This document shows positions 24,078 to 37,394 of a stretch of 64,000 nucleotides of DNA, in pieces. A program made the translations under genes and the position numbers. The stretch spans positions 25,180,221 to 25,244,220 of the forward strand of contig NC_069004.1 in assembly GCF_001194135.2 (NCBI RefSeq). Reading direction: 5' to 3'. How positions within the stretch are numbered: position 1 is the stretch's first letter; every line of letters begins with the position of its first letter. The DNA comes from Octopus bimaculoides (lineage: Eukaryota). Under the pieces are notes generated by a model. That model made no database searches, had not been told where the DNA came from, and was given only the letters and a program-made list of their open reading frames with translations.

Positions 24078-24721
24078 GATATATATATATNNNNNNNNNN
24101 NNNNNNNNNNNNNNNNNNNNNNNNNNNNNNNNNNNNNNNNNNNNNNNNNNNNNNNNNNNNNNNNNNNNNNNNNNNNNNNATATATAAATACAATTTAGAT
24201 TCAGTTGAATTAGGTACTTAAAATGAGTCACCTTGTTAGGACGAACTCATCTGCACACTCAGACAATATTAGGTGATTATCAGACTCTAGTGTGTGCAGA
24301 TGGCACGATCCAACTTAGTGAATAAATCTGTTATTGTTTGTTCAAACATGTACTTTATGTAAAGATACTTTCCAAATACTTCCGAAGTGCAGATTCCAGA
24401 ACAGCTGAGTAAAATATAAATGAATTTAAAGATCTAGAGGTTTCACTGTATGTGTGTATATATGTATGTGTGTATGTATGTATGTATATATGTATGCATG
24501 TATGTATGTATGTAGACGCTATCATCGGTATACATGCATTTCTACATTTATATCTATATTCTCTAGACTCATACTTATATACATTCATATTCATGTATAC
24601 ACACACATATATATATATAGATAGATACATACATACATACTATTGACGATAGCGCTCGCTTAAAAGCGTTAAGTCAATATTGCCCCCACCCCCACCCACA
24701 CATTTCTTATGCACTTTTACG

Positions 24722-24992
24722 TATGGTAAACAACAATACAAACTTGCCATTATAAATAATCACCAAATTTAAGTACATTTTTGAGTCAATAAAAGATTGA
24801 TATCATTTTGAATATTTTATAGTCTTTCTAAATTCTAGAAATGAATTTCGTAACCATTGACTGAAAAGTTTTTCTGGAATTTAGAAAACATATATAATAT
24901 TCAATATAATATCAATCTTTTATTGACTCAAAAATTTACTTAAAAATTGGTGATTACTTATAATGACAAGACAGTATCGCTGTTTACCTGTA
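24722..24992. mobile_element. Foldback/MITE with ~115-bp inverted arms
   Basis: TTTTTGAGTCAATAAAAGATTGATAT and ATATCAATCTTTTATTGACTCAAAAA mirror each other; termini GGTAAAC / GTTTACC. Confidence 0.85.
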
Positions 24993-25720
24993 TTATGTGA
25001 CGTAATATCCTGTATGTTCATATGATCATGTAGTTATATGGATATATTATTTACTCAAAATGCTATCATAATGTTATTAGTATCATTATTACTATGTTTA
25101 GATATACACACATTAGTTTGAACCAAAAACATATGTAAAAGTCGAGTAAGGAATACGTGGGAAGAACAAATATTGATTTAACGCTTTTATGTGAGAGGGT
25201 TCGTCAATGGTATGTATATATGTGCGTATGTACGTCAGTATGAATGTGTGTATGTAAGTGTGAGTCTAAAGAATGCTGGTAAATACAAGTAGAAATGACT
25301 CTCTGTGTTGTGTGTATGTAGAAATAAATTGAAATGTATAATGAATAAATGCTCCAATCGGTCAAAACAAATTTATATCATTTCCAAATTATCAAAAATT
25401 GAATATAAATATATATTGAAATAATAGGGCATCCAATGGTAAAACCAATAGTATGAAATATGCACAAATGTACGAATAAAAGGTGATGAAACCTAAAAGG
25501 GTAATACGAGTGAAGTCGAATGAAGAAAAATATATGGAATAAATTCATGCATAATAAAGGTAACAAAAATGTTTTATGTATATGAGTGTATGTCTGTATG
25601 TCTGCCTGTCTGTCAGTCTATCTAACTATCTATCTTTCTATCTATCTTTATGTACACCCATACATACATACATACATACATACATACGTGCATACATACA
25701 TACGTGCATACATACATACA

Positions 25721-25985
25721 TATTCGTGGGTGGGGTTAAAAGTTCATAGGTTGATTATGAAGAAGTTAAGCTATGAAATCCTTCATGTATTCATCGCCAT
25801 TTTGTTTTTTCTTCTTAATAACTGTATCATTTCTTTTCGAGTAAACCAACATCGGCTCAAAGAAGACTTCAAAAGTAACTGGGAGTGACTTCTCTTGAAA
25901 ATGGACAAAATTTGACATCAAGTACCTGCAGGAAAAGAGTTTACCCCCCAAGGTATTCATGCTGACATGGCTACTACTAAGTATC
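25721..25985 (+). mobile_element. Mariner 5' fragment
   Basis: TIR-like start; MDKI..KYLQEKSLPPKV..HADMAT resembles the mariner HTH N-terminus. Confidence 0.6.
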
Positions 25986-26638
25986 GTACATTTTCTTGTG
26001 TGCCACTTAGACATTTATTAACACGACCAGGTTTAGTAATACTTATAGTTTTAAAGTGATCTCATAATTTGGATGGAGAGGCTCTACATTTCAAAACCTA
26101 TATCCATAAAAGTTTTCATTCTCGATGCCTTCGAAGCAAAGGTTCACGTCGTGAGAGACGCTTTCTTCTACAACAAAAACCAAAAGAAGTTATTTCTTTA
26201 TGCTATCGTTTGTAAACAGCTGTATAAGGTTGTCATGTATTTGGTCTATTTTGTTTTTTAACATTTTTGTGATTAATTAAGGTAAGTCTGAGTAGATTTC
26301 GATCTGGATGATACTAAGAAATAATGTTCCTTTGAGTCACCAATAAAACAGGAATTTGTGAATGTCTGTGAATGTCTGAGCATGTATTTGTGGGTGTATA
26401 CTTGCTACTAGGTAACGGGTGTTAAACAACTTAGTACACGAATAGGTTGTGATTAATTTTATGTGTGTATGTATGATATACGTAGGCACGAAAGTGTGTA
26501 TCTTTATTCCTGCTTATTTGCATAGATCTATACTTTTACTTACACAAGTACATATATATACACCCATCGATGGATATACAAATACTCCCGTATATACTAC
26601 AGTTTGAGTGTTATATAAACCTATGCTGATATACATAC

Positions 26639-26724
<86 letters not shown>

Positions 26725-26924
26725 TAATAGACATATATATGTGTGTGTGTGTACGTATGTATATATACACACACACATTCAGTCATACATATATACAAAA
26801 ATATATGTGCGTGTATGTATGTATGTATGTATGTATGTATGTATGTGAATGTCTGTGCGTTTATCTTAGTCCATATATAAAGCAATTAATTTCGAGAACC
26901 GTAGCAAAAATATAAAGCAATAAC

Positions 26925-26984
<60 letters not shown>

Positions 26985-27200
26985 GATGAAGAGGGTATGG
27001 TGAGGACGAAGAGGATAAGGATGGCATAAAGAAGAAGAAGAAGAAGAAGAAGAAGAAGAAGAAGAAGAAGAAGAAGAAGAAGAAGAAGAAGAAGAAGAAG
27101 CAGAAGAAGAAGAAGAAGAAGAAAAGAAGAAGAAGAAGAAGAAGAAGAAGAAGAAGAAGAAGAACAAGAAGAAGAAGAAGAAGAAGAAGAAGAAGAATAT
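26925..27200. repeat. (TAA)n and (GAA)n microsatellites
   Basis: Direct reading. Confidence 0.97.
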
Positions 27201-27651
27201 TGTGATAATGATGATGATGTTAAATAGAAAAATACGAAGAAAAAATGGTATTCCCATGTCAAAATCTATCAAAACTCTAAGGATTTCCTATAATAAGATA
27301 CAAGTACGGAAACGATTGAAAAATTTTGTTTTGGAAATTATAGCCTCAAGTTTAATAGTTATTTAGGAAGCTATTAGATTTCTTCTATTCTATTAATAGA
27401 TATACGTGCATATGTGTATGTATGTGTGTGTGTGTGCGTGTGTATGTATCCTATGTACGTATGTATGTATGCATAAACTCAGCCAAGTATAATTATTCTG
27501 TCTGTGCACGGAACAAAAACACCATAAAAAATAGATAAGTATATCTAGACACACGCTGAATCCTGAATTCACACTCACAGACAGATCTAATAGATATATA
27601 TGCGGGGACAACTGGAAGCATTTGACTACATAAACACCCACACACACATAC

Positions 27652-27704
<53 letters not shown>

Positions 27705-28115
27705 TATATGCATGTATATATAATATATATATATATGAAATACACATATGTACATATATACATGTGCATAAAATATATATATATATATATNNNNNNNNNN
27801 NNNNNNNNNNNNNNNNNNNNNNNNNNNNNNNNNNNNNNNNNNNNNNNNNNNNNNNNNNNNNNNNNNNNNNNNNNNNNNNNNNNNNNNNNNNNNNNNNNNN
27901 NNNNNNNNNNNNNNNNNNNNNNNNNNNNNNNNNNNNNNNNNNNNNNNNNNNNNNNNNNNNNNNNNNNNNNNNNNNNNNNNNNNNNNNNNNNNNNNNNNNN
28001 NNNNNNNNNNNNNNNNGTTCAGATTTAATACATATGAAAGAAAAAGGCGTTTACAATGCTAGATGGTTGTATATTTTCTTATATACAACCATCCAGCATT
28101 CTGAACGCCTTTTTC

Positions 28116-28150
<35 letters not shown>

Positions 28151-28503
28151 AAGTGTCCTCAACTATTGCTTCAGGCTGACCAAAATCTTGTGAGTGGATT
28201 TCAGAAACTGAAAGAAACCCGTCATATGTGTATTCACAAATATCCCGTAACCGTACGGTCTGCTGACCCCGTCGTCTGTTAGAAGATGGTATGCATTTTC
28301 TATCCTGCATTCAATATATATTGGGTTCAGATTGCATCGATGACCAACTAGTGGAGGCCCCTCCTGAGGTTAAAACGATAGTAACGTCGATTTCTATGGA
28401 ACAGCCATATTGAGGTCGCGATAAACATGATTTCTCTGTATAGTTACTGGTTTCATCTCTTATAGACATTTTCTAACTAGCGACTTCGCTTGCTATCTAT
28501 ATG

Positions 28504-28542
<39 letters not shown>

Positions 28543-28624
28543 GCATATATATATGAAGAGAGAGAGATGCCATCAAATGCCAGGAGGTATATATATATAT
28601 ATATATATATATATNNNNNNNNNN

Positions 28625-28680
<56 letters not shown>

Positions 28681-28895
28681 CTTGTGTTTGCATTTGTCGC
28701 CGTCACCACTGCCGCTTGACACCTGCTGGTGGTTTGTTTACATCCCAATAACTTAGCAGAAAAAAAAAGACGATCGATAGAATAACTACCAGGCTTTAAA
28801 CAATAAATTCTAGGGTCGTTTTATTCGACTAAACCCTTCAAAGTGGTGCCCCAGCATGGCCGCAGTCCAGTGACTGACAGAAACAAAGGATAAAA
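28625..28895 (+). mobile_element. SINE A 3' half
   Basis: (TG)n then CCGCTTGACA..GGTGCCCCAGCATGGCCGCAGTCC. Confidence 0.82.
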
Positions 28896-29071
28896 GACAC
28901 ATATACACACATATCATCGCACATACAACACAAGCTGAGAAACAGGCTGTCAGCTCCTACTACGTCATCGTATGCTGTCAGTAAACCTAACATCAAGAAG
29001 AACGATTAGAATATTTTACGAGTTGACAGAGCGAAGACTGCAAACAGCTGAAGTGTAATCAGAATAGACCA

Positions 29072-29292
29072 TTTATCTTTTACCCATTTCAGTCATGAGA
29101 CTGGGGCCATGCTGTGGCACCACCTTGAAGAACTTTTGGTCGATTGAATCGGCCTCAATATTTCTTTCTGTTTTTTTTCTTTGTTTTTCATGTCTGTTAC
29201 TTATTCTATCGATCACTTTTGCCGAGGTCATGAGGATGTAAACGAACCTAGACTGGCTGTCAAGCGGTGGTAGGCAACAAACGCAAACACAA

Positions 29293-29364
<72 letters not shown>

Positions 29365-29374
29365 NNNNNNNNNN

Positions 29375-29419
<45 letters not shown>

Positions 29420-29547
29420 GACAGACTTCCTGCAGTTTTCATCTACGAAATCCATTCACAAGAGACTTGATTAAGGTGCCACTCAGTGGGGCTGAGCCTG
29501 GGTCCATGTGGTTTAGAAGCAAGCTTCTTACTACACAGGCACGCCTA
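29072..29547 (-). mobile_element. SINE family A with internal TA/GA microsatellite
   Basis: Reverse-complemented tail and head. Confidence 0.82.
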
Positions 29548-30257
29548 GCGAAACGAGAAGATGCTAACAGCATTTGACAAAATTAGGGACGAATATTTAT
29601 AACAGTGTCAGAAACCCCTTATTCTGTTAAATCAATGCCGGTTTATTGTCCTCTCAACAAGTGTGAAGCAGCACCTCGGAGATGTTGAAGAATTAAAGGA
29701 GGGTAAATCAATAAAAAACGCTAACGCGGATTCGGAAGTTGAGAGAAAAGTATTATTGATCTTCGGAGAAAGAATCAGTTATGTGATTTTGCTTATCTCA
29801 TGTAAACAGACATATAACTTCGTCAACAAAGAGTGAAAAATAAAATAGAAACAATGCTTAGAGATGGTGAAAAGAAAATACTTATATACTGATTAATTAT
29901 TCTTCAAGGGAAACTAAAAATGTCAATGCAAAACTCCGTCATCTGAAGATATTAGATGAAACAATAATTATTATCAACAAATTTAATCGAAACCAATCAA
30001 TAGTTTTCAGAGATATGATGTAACAATCAATAAATGTCACAGAGGAACGTTTTCGGGCACATACAGAAACACTATGGAGAAAAATACGGAAAGTAGCAAA
30101 AGAATCTAATCAGACTGCAAAGCAGATAAGATGAAATCCGAAGCAAATGTCTCTATGTTGAACAAAAATATATTCCATCAATGGCGAGACATTTGAGATT
30201 GTGTTCAAAGATTTTAAGATAAGAAAATGCCAGGGACAAAAATTTGATCTCATGTGT

Positions 30258-30540
30258 AAGGCGGTTAGGGTGTTGCACTGGCGAACGCAGGACAGTAATA
30301 TCGTTTCCCAGACCGTGTGGTGCGTTGTGCCTTTGAGCAAAAAACTACATTTCTTGTCACTCTGCGGTTGCTTCCACATCTGACGCGCGGCACACTTGTG
30401 CACCTTTACGGGCAGTATCGATTTGAAGGAAGGAGGGAGTGAAAGTATAGTACAAACATTCGATCACTATAAATAAACAAATCATCTGTGCGGTTGTTCG
30501 GCAACAAATCAACAGTCGTTTAAGAACGTGAAAGTCCATG
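30258..30540 (+). mobile_element. SINE family D
   Basis: Similar to 1471-1665. Confidence 0.6.
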
Positions 30541-31025
30541 GTATATATNNNNNNNNNNNNNNNNNNNNNNNNNNNNNNNNNNNNNNNNNNNNNNNNNNNN
30601 NNNNNNNNNNNNNNNNNNNNNNNNNNNNNNNNNNNNNNNNNNNNNNNNNNNNNNNNNNNNNNNNNNNNNNNNNNNNNNNNNNNNNNNNNNNNNNNNNNNN
30701 NNNNNNNNNNNNNNNNNNNNNNNNNNNNNNNNNNNNNNNNNNNNNNNNNNNNNNNNNNNNNNNNNNNNNNNNNNNNNNNNNNNNNNNNNNNNNNNNNNNN
30801 NNNNNNNNNNNNNNNNNNNNNNNNNNNNNNNNNNNNNNNNNNNNNNNNNNNNNNNNNNNNNNNNNNNNNNNNNNNNNNNNNNNNNNNNNNNNNNNNNNNN
30901 NNNNNNNNNNNNNNNNNNNNNNNNNNNNNNNNNNNNNNNNNNNNNNNNNNNNNNNNNNNNNNNNNNNNNNNNNNNNNNNNNNNNNNNNNNNNNNNNNNNN
31001 NNNNNNNNNNNNNNNNNNNNNNNNN

Positions 31026-31390
31026 ACGAAACCTCTTGGTTCACAGCTTCTTCCCCAACCCAACCCAACCTCCCAACCCGACTCGTTCCCCTGCTCCTGT
31101 CCACGTTGCCGCACTTGCCATTACCTCTCCAACACCATCCTCGTCACCGGCACCCATCATCGACCTTATCATATCACCGACTCCTTCACCTGCACTTTTA
31201 CCAATGTCAACTACTGCATCTCCTGCTCTCTCTGCCCTTCTGTATACATCGGGCAAACGGGACGCCGATTGGCTGACTGGATCGCGGAACACCTCCGAGA
31301 CATCCGACTCGGTAATGACACCCCGGTTTCGCGCCATTTCTGCTCTACCAGTCACTCTTTGCAACACCTGCCTGTGTTCGGATTGTCCTT
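31026..31390 (+). mobile_element. Penelope-like GIY-YIG endonuclease fragment
   Basis: CSCPRCRTC..SFTCTFTNVNYCISCSLCPSVYIGQTGRRLADWIAEHLRDIR..PVSRHF. Confidence 0.93.
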
Positions 31391-32268
31391 GCACATGGGC
31401 TTTCTTCTGTGTGTATGTGTAGACTCAAGGGCCGGGAATTTCGTGATAAGTTTCATGTACACAACTCTCAGCCAACCTAATAACTTCAGTCTATAATAGA
31501 TATTCATAGTTTTATTATATTTTTCCCATTTGTATTACTAAGCCAATATGTATGTGCATGTGTGTATTTGTGTATGTGTAGGGGTGTGTGTTGTGTGCGT
31601 GGGGGGGGGTGAATTTGAGTGCGTTTGTAAGTAATCTTGCAAATCCAGACAGCTAGAAGAGACTCAAAGATGAATGAAAATGTGTGCCAAGCAAAATGAA
31701 AACAGTAAGAAGAAACCGTGAAAATAAATAAATAATAAATAGTTAAACAGAAAAAAAAACAGAAGAAGCACAGAAAAGCGAGGCGTTTCTGCCTTCGCTG
31801 TCTCCAGGAAATGAAAGCTCATATTTATGGTTAGTAAATCCTTGAAGAACATGCTGCATCGCCAATCTTGATAACCGTGCGAAAGATCTATTCCAAAAAC
31901 GACGTCTTTCTAAAATTGATAATTGTTGCTTTGGAACAAATAACACCATGACATTTCTGGGTAGATTCCACAAGGAAGTAAAGGTTATTCCATACGACCT
32001 CTTTGTAATAGAATATAGTTTAAAGGATTATAACCAGTTTGTAGTGAATATAATCTTTGTTAAAATCGTTCAGAATCTGATACGCTTTAAACATTGCTAA
32101 ATCCGGTTGAGATAATACAGGATTAAAGTTTGGTAGTTTATATATTGATTCTTCCAGATATTTTTCCATCCTTGACTAACTAGCAAATACCAAATCCGAT
32201 TTTCCTATAAATCCTTCGTTTTTATGATAGATAACGGGTGGAAAGAGGTTTGGGTTTCTACAGCCTTG

Positions 32269-32315
<47 letters not shown>

Positions 32316-32619
32316 TACGTATTTGTGTATTAAAGTTAAAAACGATTTAACATGAAACTGAAGAATTCACTCAATACTTCATACGTATGTGTATACATAC
32401 ATACACAAACACAAACACACATACACGCACATATATATACAGAGAAAGAGAGAGAGATGTGTGTATATACAAGTTTGTATGTATGTGTGTTTGTGTGTAC
32501 GTGTGTGCGAGTGTGTGTGTGTGCGTTTGTGTGTGCGTAATGAAATGATTTGATGGTCACAATGTACGAAATAAAATCGTGCCACCAGTATTCATGTAAA
32601 AAAAAGATCACAAAGTGCA

Positions 32620-32990
32620 GCCCTCGTCTCGGTGTAGTGGTTTGCATGCCTCAATGATCCTGAGAGACATATTAGCGATGCGCAATCTTCACACTTTCGA
32701 GAGGTCAAAGGAGAGAGGCCAGACTAATATGGACCACCTACGTCGCGATAACATCCCTACATCGAAAACGAGCAGAGTTATCGGTGATAATTCAAAACTA
32801 GAACCTGCAAGAAGAAGGCTTTCCCTCAAGTAAACATATGACCTGAGTGGAAACTGGTGGCTGGAGACTGAGCTGGAGCTTAAAGCGAAGAGATTCAGCA
32901 AGAAAGCAGAAACAACGGCTCAAGGTCGAGAACAGAAGGGAAAATTTGTTGATGGCCTATGCTCTATTTGGAGTGGAGGTGTTAAAGTAA
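32620..32990 (+). mobile_element. Short RTE-derived element (5'UTR-like part joined to the ORF 3' end)
   Basis: 3' part reads WWLETELELKAKR..TTAQGREQKGKFVDGLCSIWSGGVK (RTE C-terminal GLCS motif); 5' part resembles RTE 5'UTRs (from memory). Confidence 0.55.
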
Positions 32991-33264
32991 ATATCAACAT
33001 ATATTCAATATACTTCATTGAATACTAGCGCTCGTGTTTCTAGCAGCCACAGCAATAAATTGAGTGGTGCGACACTGTCATAAGCTTATAGACAAAGAGT
33101 AAAAAAAGAAAAGAAGAAAACCTCTGCAGAAATCATAATTTGCATGATTATGATCAGTGAAACACCTGAATGCAATGGAATATTCCAAAATTACTGAGAA
33201 GTCTGATAAGGTCGTATATTCATGGAACAAATTATTTTATGGAAAAAATTCTTAGGAAAAATAA

Positions 33265-33680
33265 TACTGGTTTGAAATTTTGGCACGGAGTTAGCAATTT
33301 TGGGGTGGAAATAAGCCAGTTATATCGATCCCTGTGCTGAGTTGGTAATTATTTAATTGACCCCGCGAATGACAAAAGACAAAGTCCATTTCGGTGGAAT
33401 TTAAGCAATTTGTTCGGCGTGCTAACCATTCTGCCAGCAAGCCGCCCTAAGAGAAATTAATACCAGTTTCAAATTTTAGCACGAAGCCAGCAAATTCAAG
33501 GGAGAGGTAAGTCGATTACATTGACCCCAGTGCTCAACTAGTACTTATTTTATTAACCAGCAAAAGGATGAAATGCGAAGTCGATGTTGCAGAAATTTGA
33601 ACTCGGAAAGTAAAGACAGACGAAATGCCGCTAAATATTATGCCGAGTGTTCAAATGATTCTGCCTCCTCGCCTTTCAGA
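33265..33680 (-). mobile_element. Two tandem SINE B copies
   Basis: Two blocks TGGTTT.AAATTTT.GCAC..GGTA(A/C)TTATTT..GAATTT. Confidence 0.85.
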
Positions 33681-34009
33681 GAGAGTAATAATAATAATAA
33701 TAAATAAAAAAATAAAGGCACCAAACCAAAACGAGCAATAAAGTAATAATTATAAAATTTCTTTTATTTATAATTTATAATTTATAATATGTAAGAAACT
33801 CTGTTTTTTTTGTTTTTGTTTTTGTTAAATATTTTCGCTGAAGAGTTTTAACAAAAGCCTTTGAAAACTTAAATAAGATATGATGAATGCACTTTAAGTG
33901 TATAGGGCTTTTAATTGAGATGGTTCACTTAAAAGATATTCTTTGTGATATTTGCGATGTGTTTATATTACTATTATCATTAGTTACTGATGAACCCCAA
34001 CATCTGGTA

Positions 34010-34285
34010 AACGCAAACACAAGACCGCTCTGTCTGGGAAATCTGCACTAACAGAGGTGCTATCCCCTACGATCAAAACAAGATCGCAAGGGCACAAAGA
34101 AGACGTGATCTGCTCTTGTCCGGAGTCACTTCTTTGCCTTCAGTTCCAGCAGTCCATTAATACCCGACATGCGGCAGGACCTTCTGAGTACGCATCGGAC
34201 TCATCGGCCACAGCCGGACACACCGTCATCCGTCTTCTTCTCCCATGCAATGTCCTTGGTCATCGTCGACAACGACGGACGAGCA
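34010..34285 (+). mobile_element. RTE-BovB-type LINE 3' end with C2H2 finger
   Basis: QDRSVW..AQRRRDL..PTCGRTF*VRIGLIGHSRTH, then GGTCATCGTCGACAACGACGGACGA. Confidence 0.82.
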
Positions 34286-34812
34286 AATTACCATTACTTC
34301 CATTCCTGTAAGTTGATTTTAAAACTATTTTTAAATATTAATTTCGATCCTAAGCGTGCTTATCAAACTTATCGATATTTTTGGCGTCTCTCAGTTTCTT
34401 GCTTTGCAGGGAAAAAGATATCTTTTCGTTCTATTTACTCAATATACATTTTTATCATTACTTACATACACACATATGCACAAGCTCAAACACAGAAACA
34501 CACAATCACACAAAAACACACACACACACACAAAAATACAAACACGTCCAAACACATAAACTATAGACCGATTCCAGATGACGTCTTTCTCTTGTATTGT
34601 ACATTTGTTTTCCTTCTGTCCTTTATTTGTTTTTTTTTTTTACTTATTTCTCACTCTTCCTCCTCTCTTTTCACTCTACACCATTTTCTGAAGAAATATT
34701 ATGTCTACAAAGCCATAATAATTAACGCTTTCCATTTCTCTGGTTGACATACTAATAATTCTCATCATAAGCTTATCCTGCCTTGTTGATTTCGAGACGT
34801 GCAGAGATTATT

Positions 34813-34850
<38 letters not shown>

Positions 34851-35299
34851 ATATATATATATATATNNNNNNNNNNNNNNNNNNNNNNNNNNNNNNNNNN
34901 NNNNNNNNNNNNNNNNNNNNNNNNNNNNNNNNNNNNNNNNNNNNNNNNNNNNNNNNNNNNNNNNNNNNNNNNNNNNNNNNNNNNNNNNNNNNNNNNNNNN
35001 NNNNNNNNNNNNNNNNNNNNNNNNNNNNNNNNNNNNNNNNNNNNNNNNNNNNNNNNNNNNNNNNNNNNNNNNNNNNNNNNNNNNNNNNNNNNNNNNNNNN
35101 NNNNNNNNNNNNNNNNNNNNNNNNNNNNNNNNNNNNNNNNNNNNNNNNNNNNNNNNNNNNNNNNNNNNNNNNNNNNNNNNNNNNNNNNNNNNNNNNNNNN
35201 NNNNNNNNNNNNNNNNNNNNNNNNNNNNNNNNNNNNNNNNNNNNNNNNNNNNNNNNNNNNNNNNNNNNNNNNNNNNNNNNNNNNNNNNNATATATACAT

Positions 35300-35475
35300 C
35301 CTTTTCTACTCTAGGCACAAGGCCCGAAATTTTGGTGGAGGTGGCCAGTCGATTAGATCGACTCCAGTACTCAACTGGTACTTAATTTATCGACTCCGAA
35401 AGGATGAAATGCAAAGTCAACCTCAGCGGAATTTGAACTCAGACGAAATACCACTAGGCATTTCACCCGGCGAAA
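35300..35475 (-). mobile_element. SINE family B
   Basis: AGGCACAAGGCCCGAAATTTT..GAAAGGATGAAATGCAAAGTCAACCTC. Confidence 0.85.
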
Positions 35476-35944
35476 TATATATAAATATATATATATATAT
35501 TGTTTTTCTATTTCGTATGCAAGATACTTGATGTGAATTCGTATGTCGAAACACATTTGTTGTATCTAGGGAGGGTCGGTCGTTATGTCAATAATGATAA
35601 AGACACGCCCCGTGCGTGTGTTTATTATTATTGGCGTAATGATAAGCATATACAAAAGACAGATAACCGATAAGCAAAAGTAGGCGGAAGGAAAATATAT
35701 TTACATGGAAACTAGCGTATTTAGATAAATGACATCATTAGGCTTTATCTTGAAAACTGTTCCGGTTAATCGGTTACTGGTGTCATAACCATGTATATTA
35801 TGCAATGAGTGTCAATAATATTCTAAGTGTATGGATTAGCTCGGATTTTGAGTGGCCCGTGATCCGATGTTATGTTTTCCTCATCAGAAGACCAAAGTAA
35901 ATAGCTTAATAGAGAACAGTATTTATAAATATATACATATACTC

Positions 35945-36345
35945 GTTGTGAAGGTGCGTGGATCAGTATTTAGAGCGTCGGGGTCATAATTATGAGGTAG
36001 TGAGTTCGATTCTAGGATCGGGCTGTGTGCTGTGTTCTTGAGGAAGATATTTTATTTCACATTGCTCCAGTTCACTCAGCTGTAGAAATGAGTTGCGACG
36101 TCCCTGGTGCTAAGCTGTATCGGCCCCTTTGCCTTTCCCTTGGACAAGATCGGTGACATGGAGAGGGGAAGCTGGTTAGTGCAACCCTATGGTCATTCAT
36201 GACTGAAGGGGGCCTTTACGCTTTAGCCTATGTACATGTAATGGCATTGAGCGGGGAGGCTGATATGCATGGGCGACTGCTGGTCTTCCATAAGCCTGGA
36301 CTTGTGCCTTTGAGGTAACTTTCCCATAGTCATTCAAAATCGAAA
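35945..36345 (+). mobile_element. SINE family C2 (C-type head, different body)
   Basis: GAGTTCGATTC..GCTCCAGTTCACTCAGCTGTAGAAATGAG..GCTGTATCGG; matches 51270-51607. Confidence 0.82.
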
Positions 36346-36799
36346 GGTGCCTTTATATACCTGATATGTAAAGAAAAATAAGGAAAATAAGGCAGGGTTA
36401 AAGGGAGGAAAATAAGGGGGGGGGATGAGAAGAGCGGGATGTATGGAGTGGCTGGGGAGGGGTTAGTAATTAAAATACGTCAATTAACGGTGACAAGAAA
36501 ATGAAATATAAAGACTATGAAAATAAGTCAGAGAACATGCCCGAGGAAGCTAGATCAAACAGTGCATAAAATTGGTCGTTGCATCAATGTAAATTCTGGT
36601 GGAGTGCGTCCGAGTGGTGCTGACTATATATTTATAAACAACGTTACAACCCTCAAAGAGCACTTAATAGTCACTTTGAATTGCACGTCTTTTTATCATG
36701 GGTTATAGTAGGGCATCATTAGTCGCTTTGAGGTCAATAAACTTCGCATGATTGTTAGTCCTATGAATGGAATTATTAATTAGACCATCATTGAGATAG

Positions 36800-37060
36800 T
36801 TCGAATAGTTAAAATAATACATATATGTGCTCGCATTTTTGACTGATCAAATAAAAACTTCTCTAGAGCGTTTCCAATGACCAGTTCAAATACATACGCC
36901 AGGGCAGAAAGGCCACAATCATATGTGCGAACTTGGGGATTAGTTTTATGAACTTGTTGAGCTGTAGGAATAATGTTTGTTTGTGGTGAGTACAGCATTG
37001 TTATTTTTGCTATTAGTTCCTGTGAAACTGGTAAGATCAAACGGTCATAAAGTAAAAGTT
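36800..37060 (-). pseudogene. Ulp1/C48-like cysteine protease fragment, probably transposon-borne
   Basis: LYDRLILPVSQELIAKI..QQVHKTNPQVRTYDCGLSALAYVFELVIGNALEKFLFDQSKMRAHI (Q..DCG and FDQxxMRxH motifs). Confidence 0.6.
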
Positions 37061-37337
37061 TTTCAAATGTCTACAAAAACTATAGAAGTCTTTCTTTCTG
37101 TCTTTTTATCTTTCTTTTTCTTTTCGCATGTTGTAAAATTGAAACTTAAAAACTGATGATGTCATCCCATCAACGTGTGGACGCTGGTTGCTCTCGTTCA
37201 TACTTTAAATTTAAATTTCTATAATTTTGAATATTTATCACTTCTTATTTTGAACTTGACAACGACAGACTTACTGTCGAAATACTGTTCAACCAATAAA
37301 ATATCTATTGCAATCGAATTGCACAGTTCGTCTTGAC

Positions 37338-37394
<57 letters not shown>

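Noticed and set aside
33987-34015. CTGATGA as a hammerhead core
   Set aside because: No GAAA, no stem III or cleavage triplet, and no stem I partner
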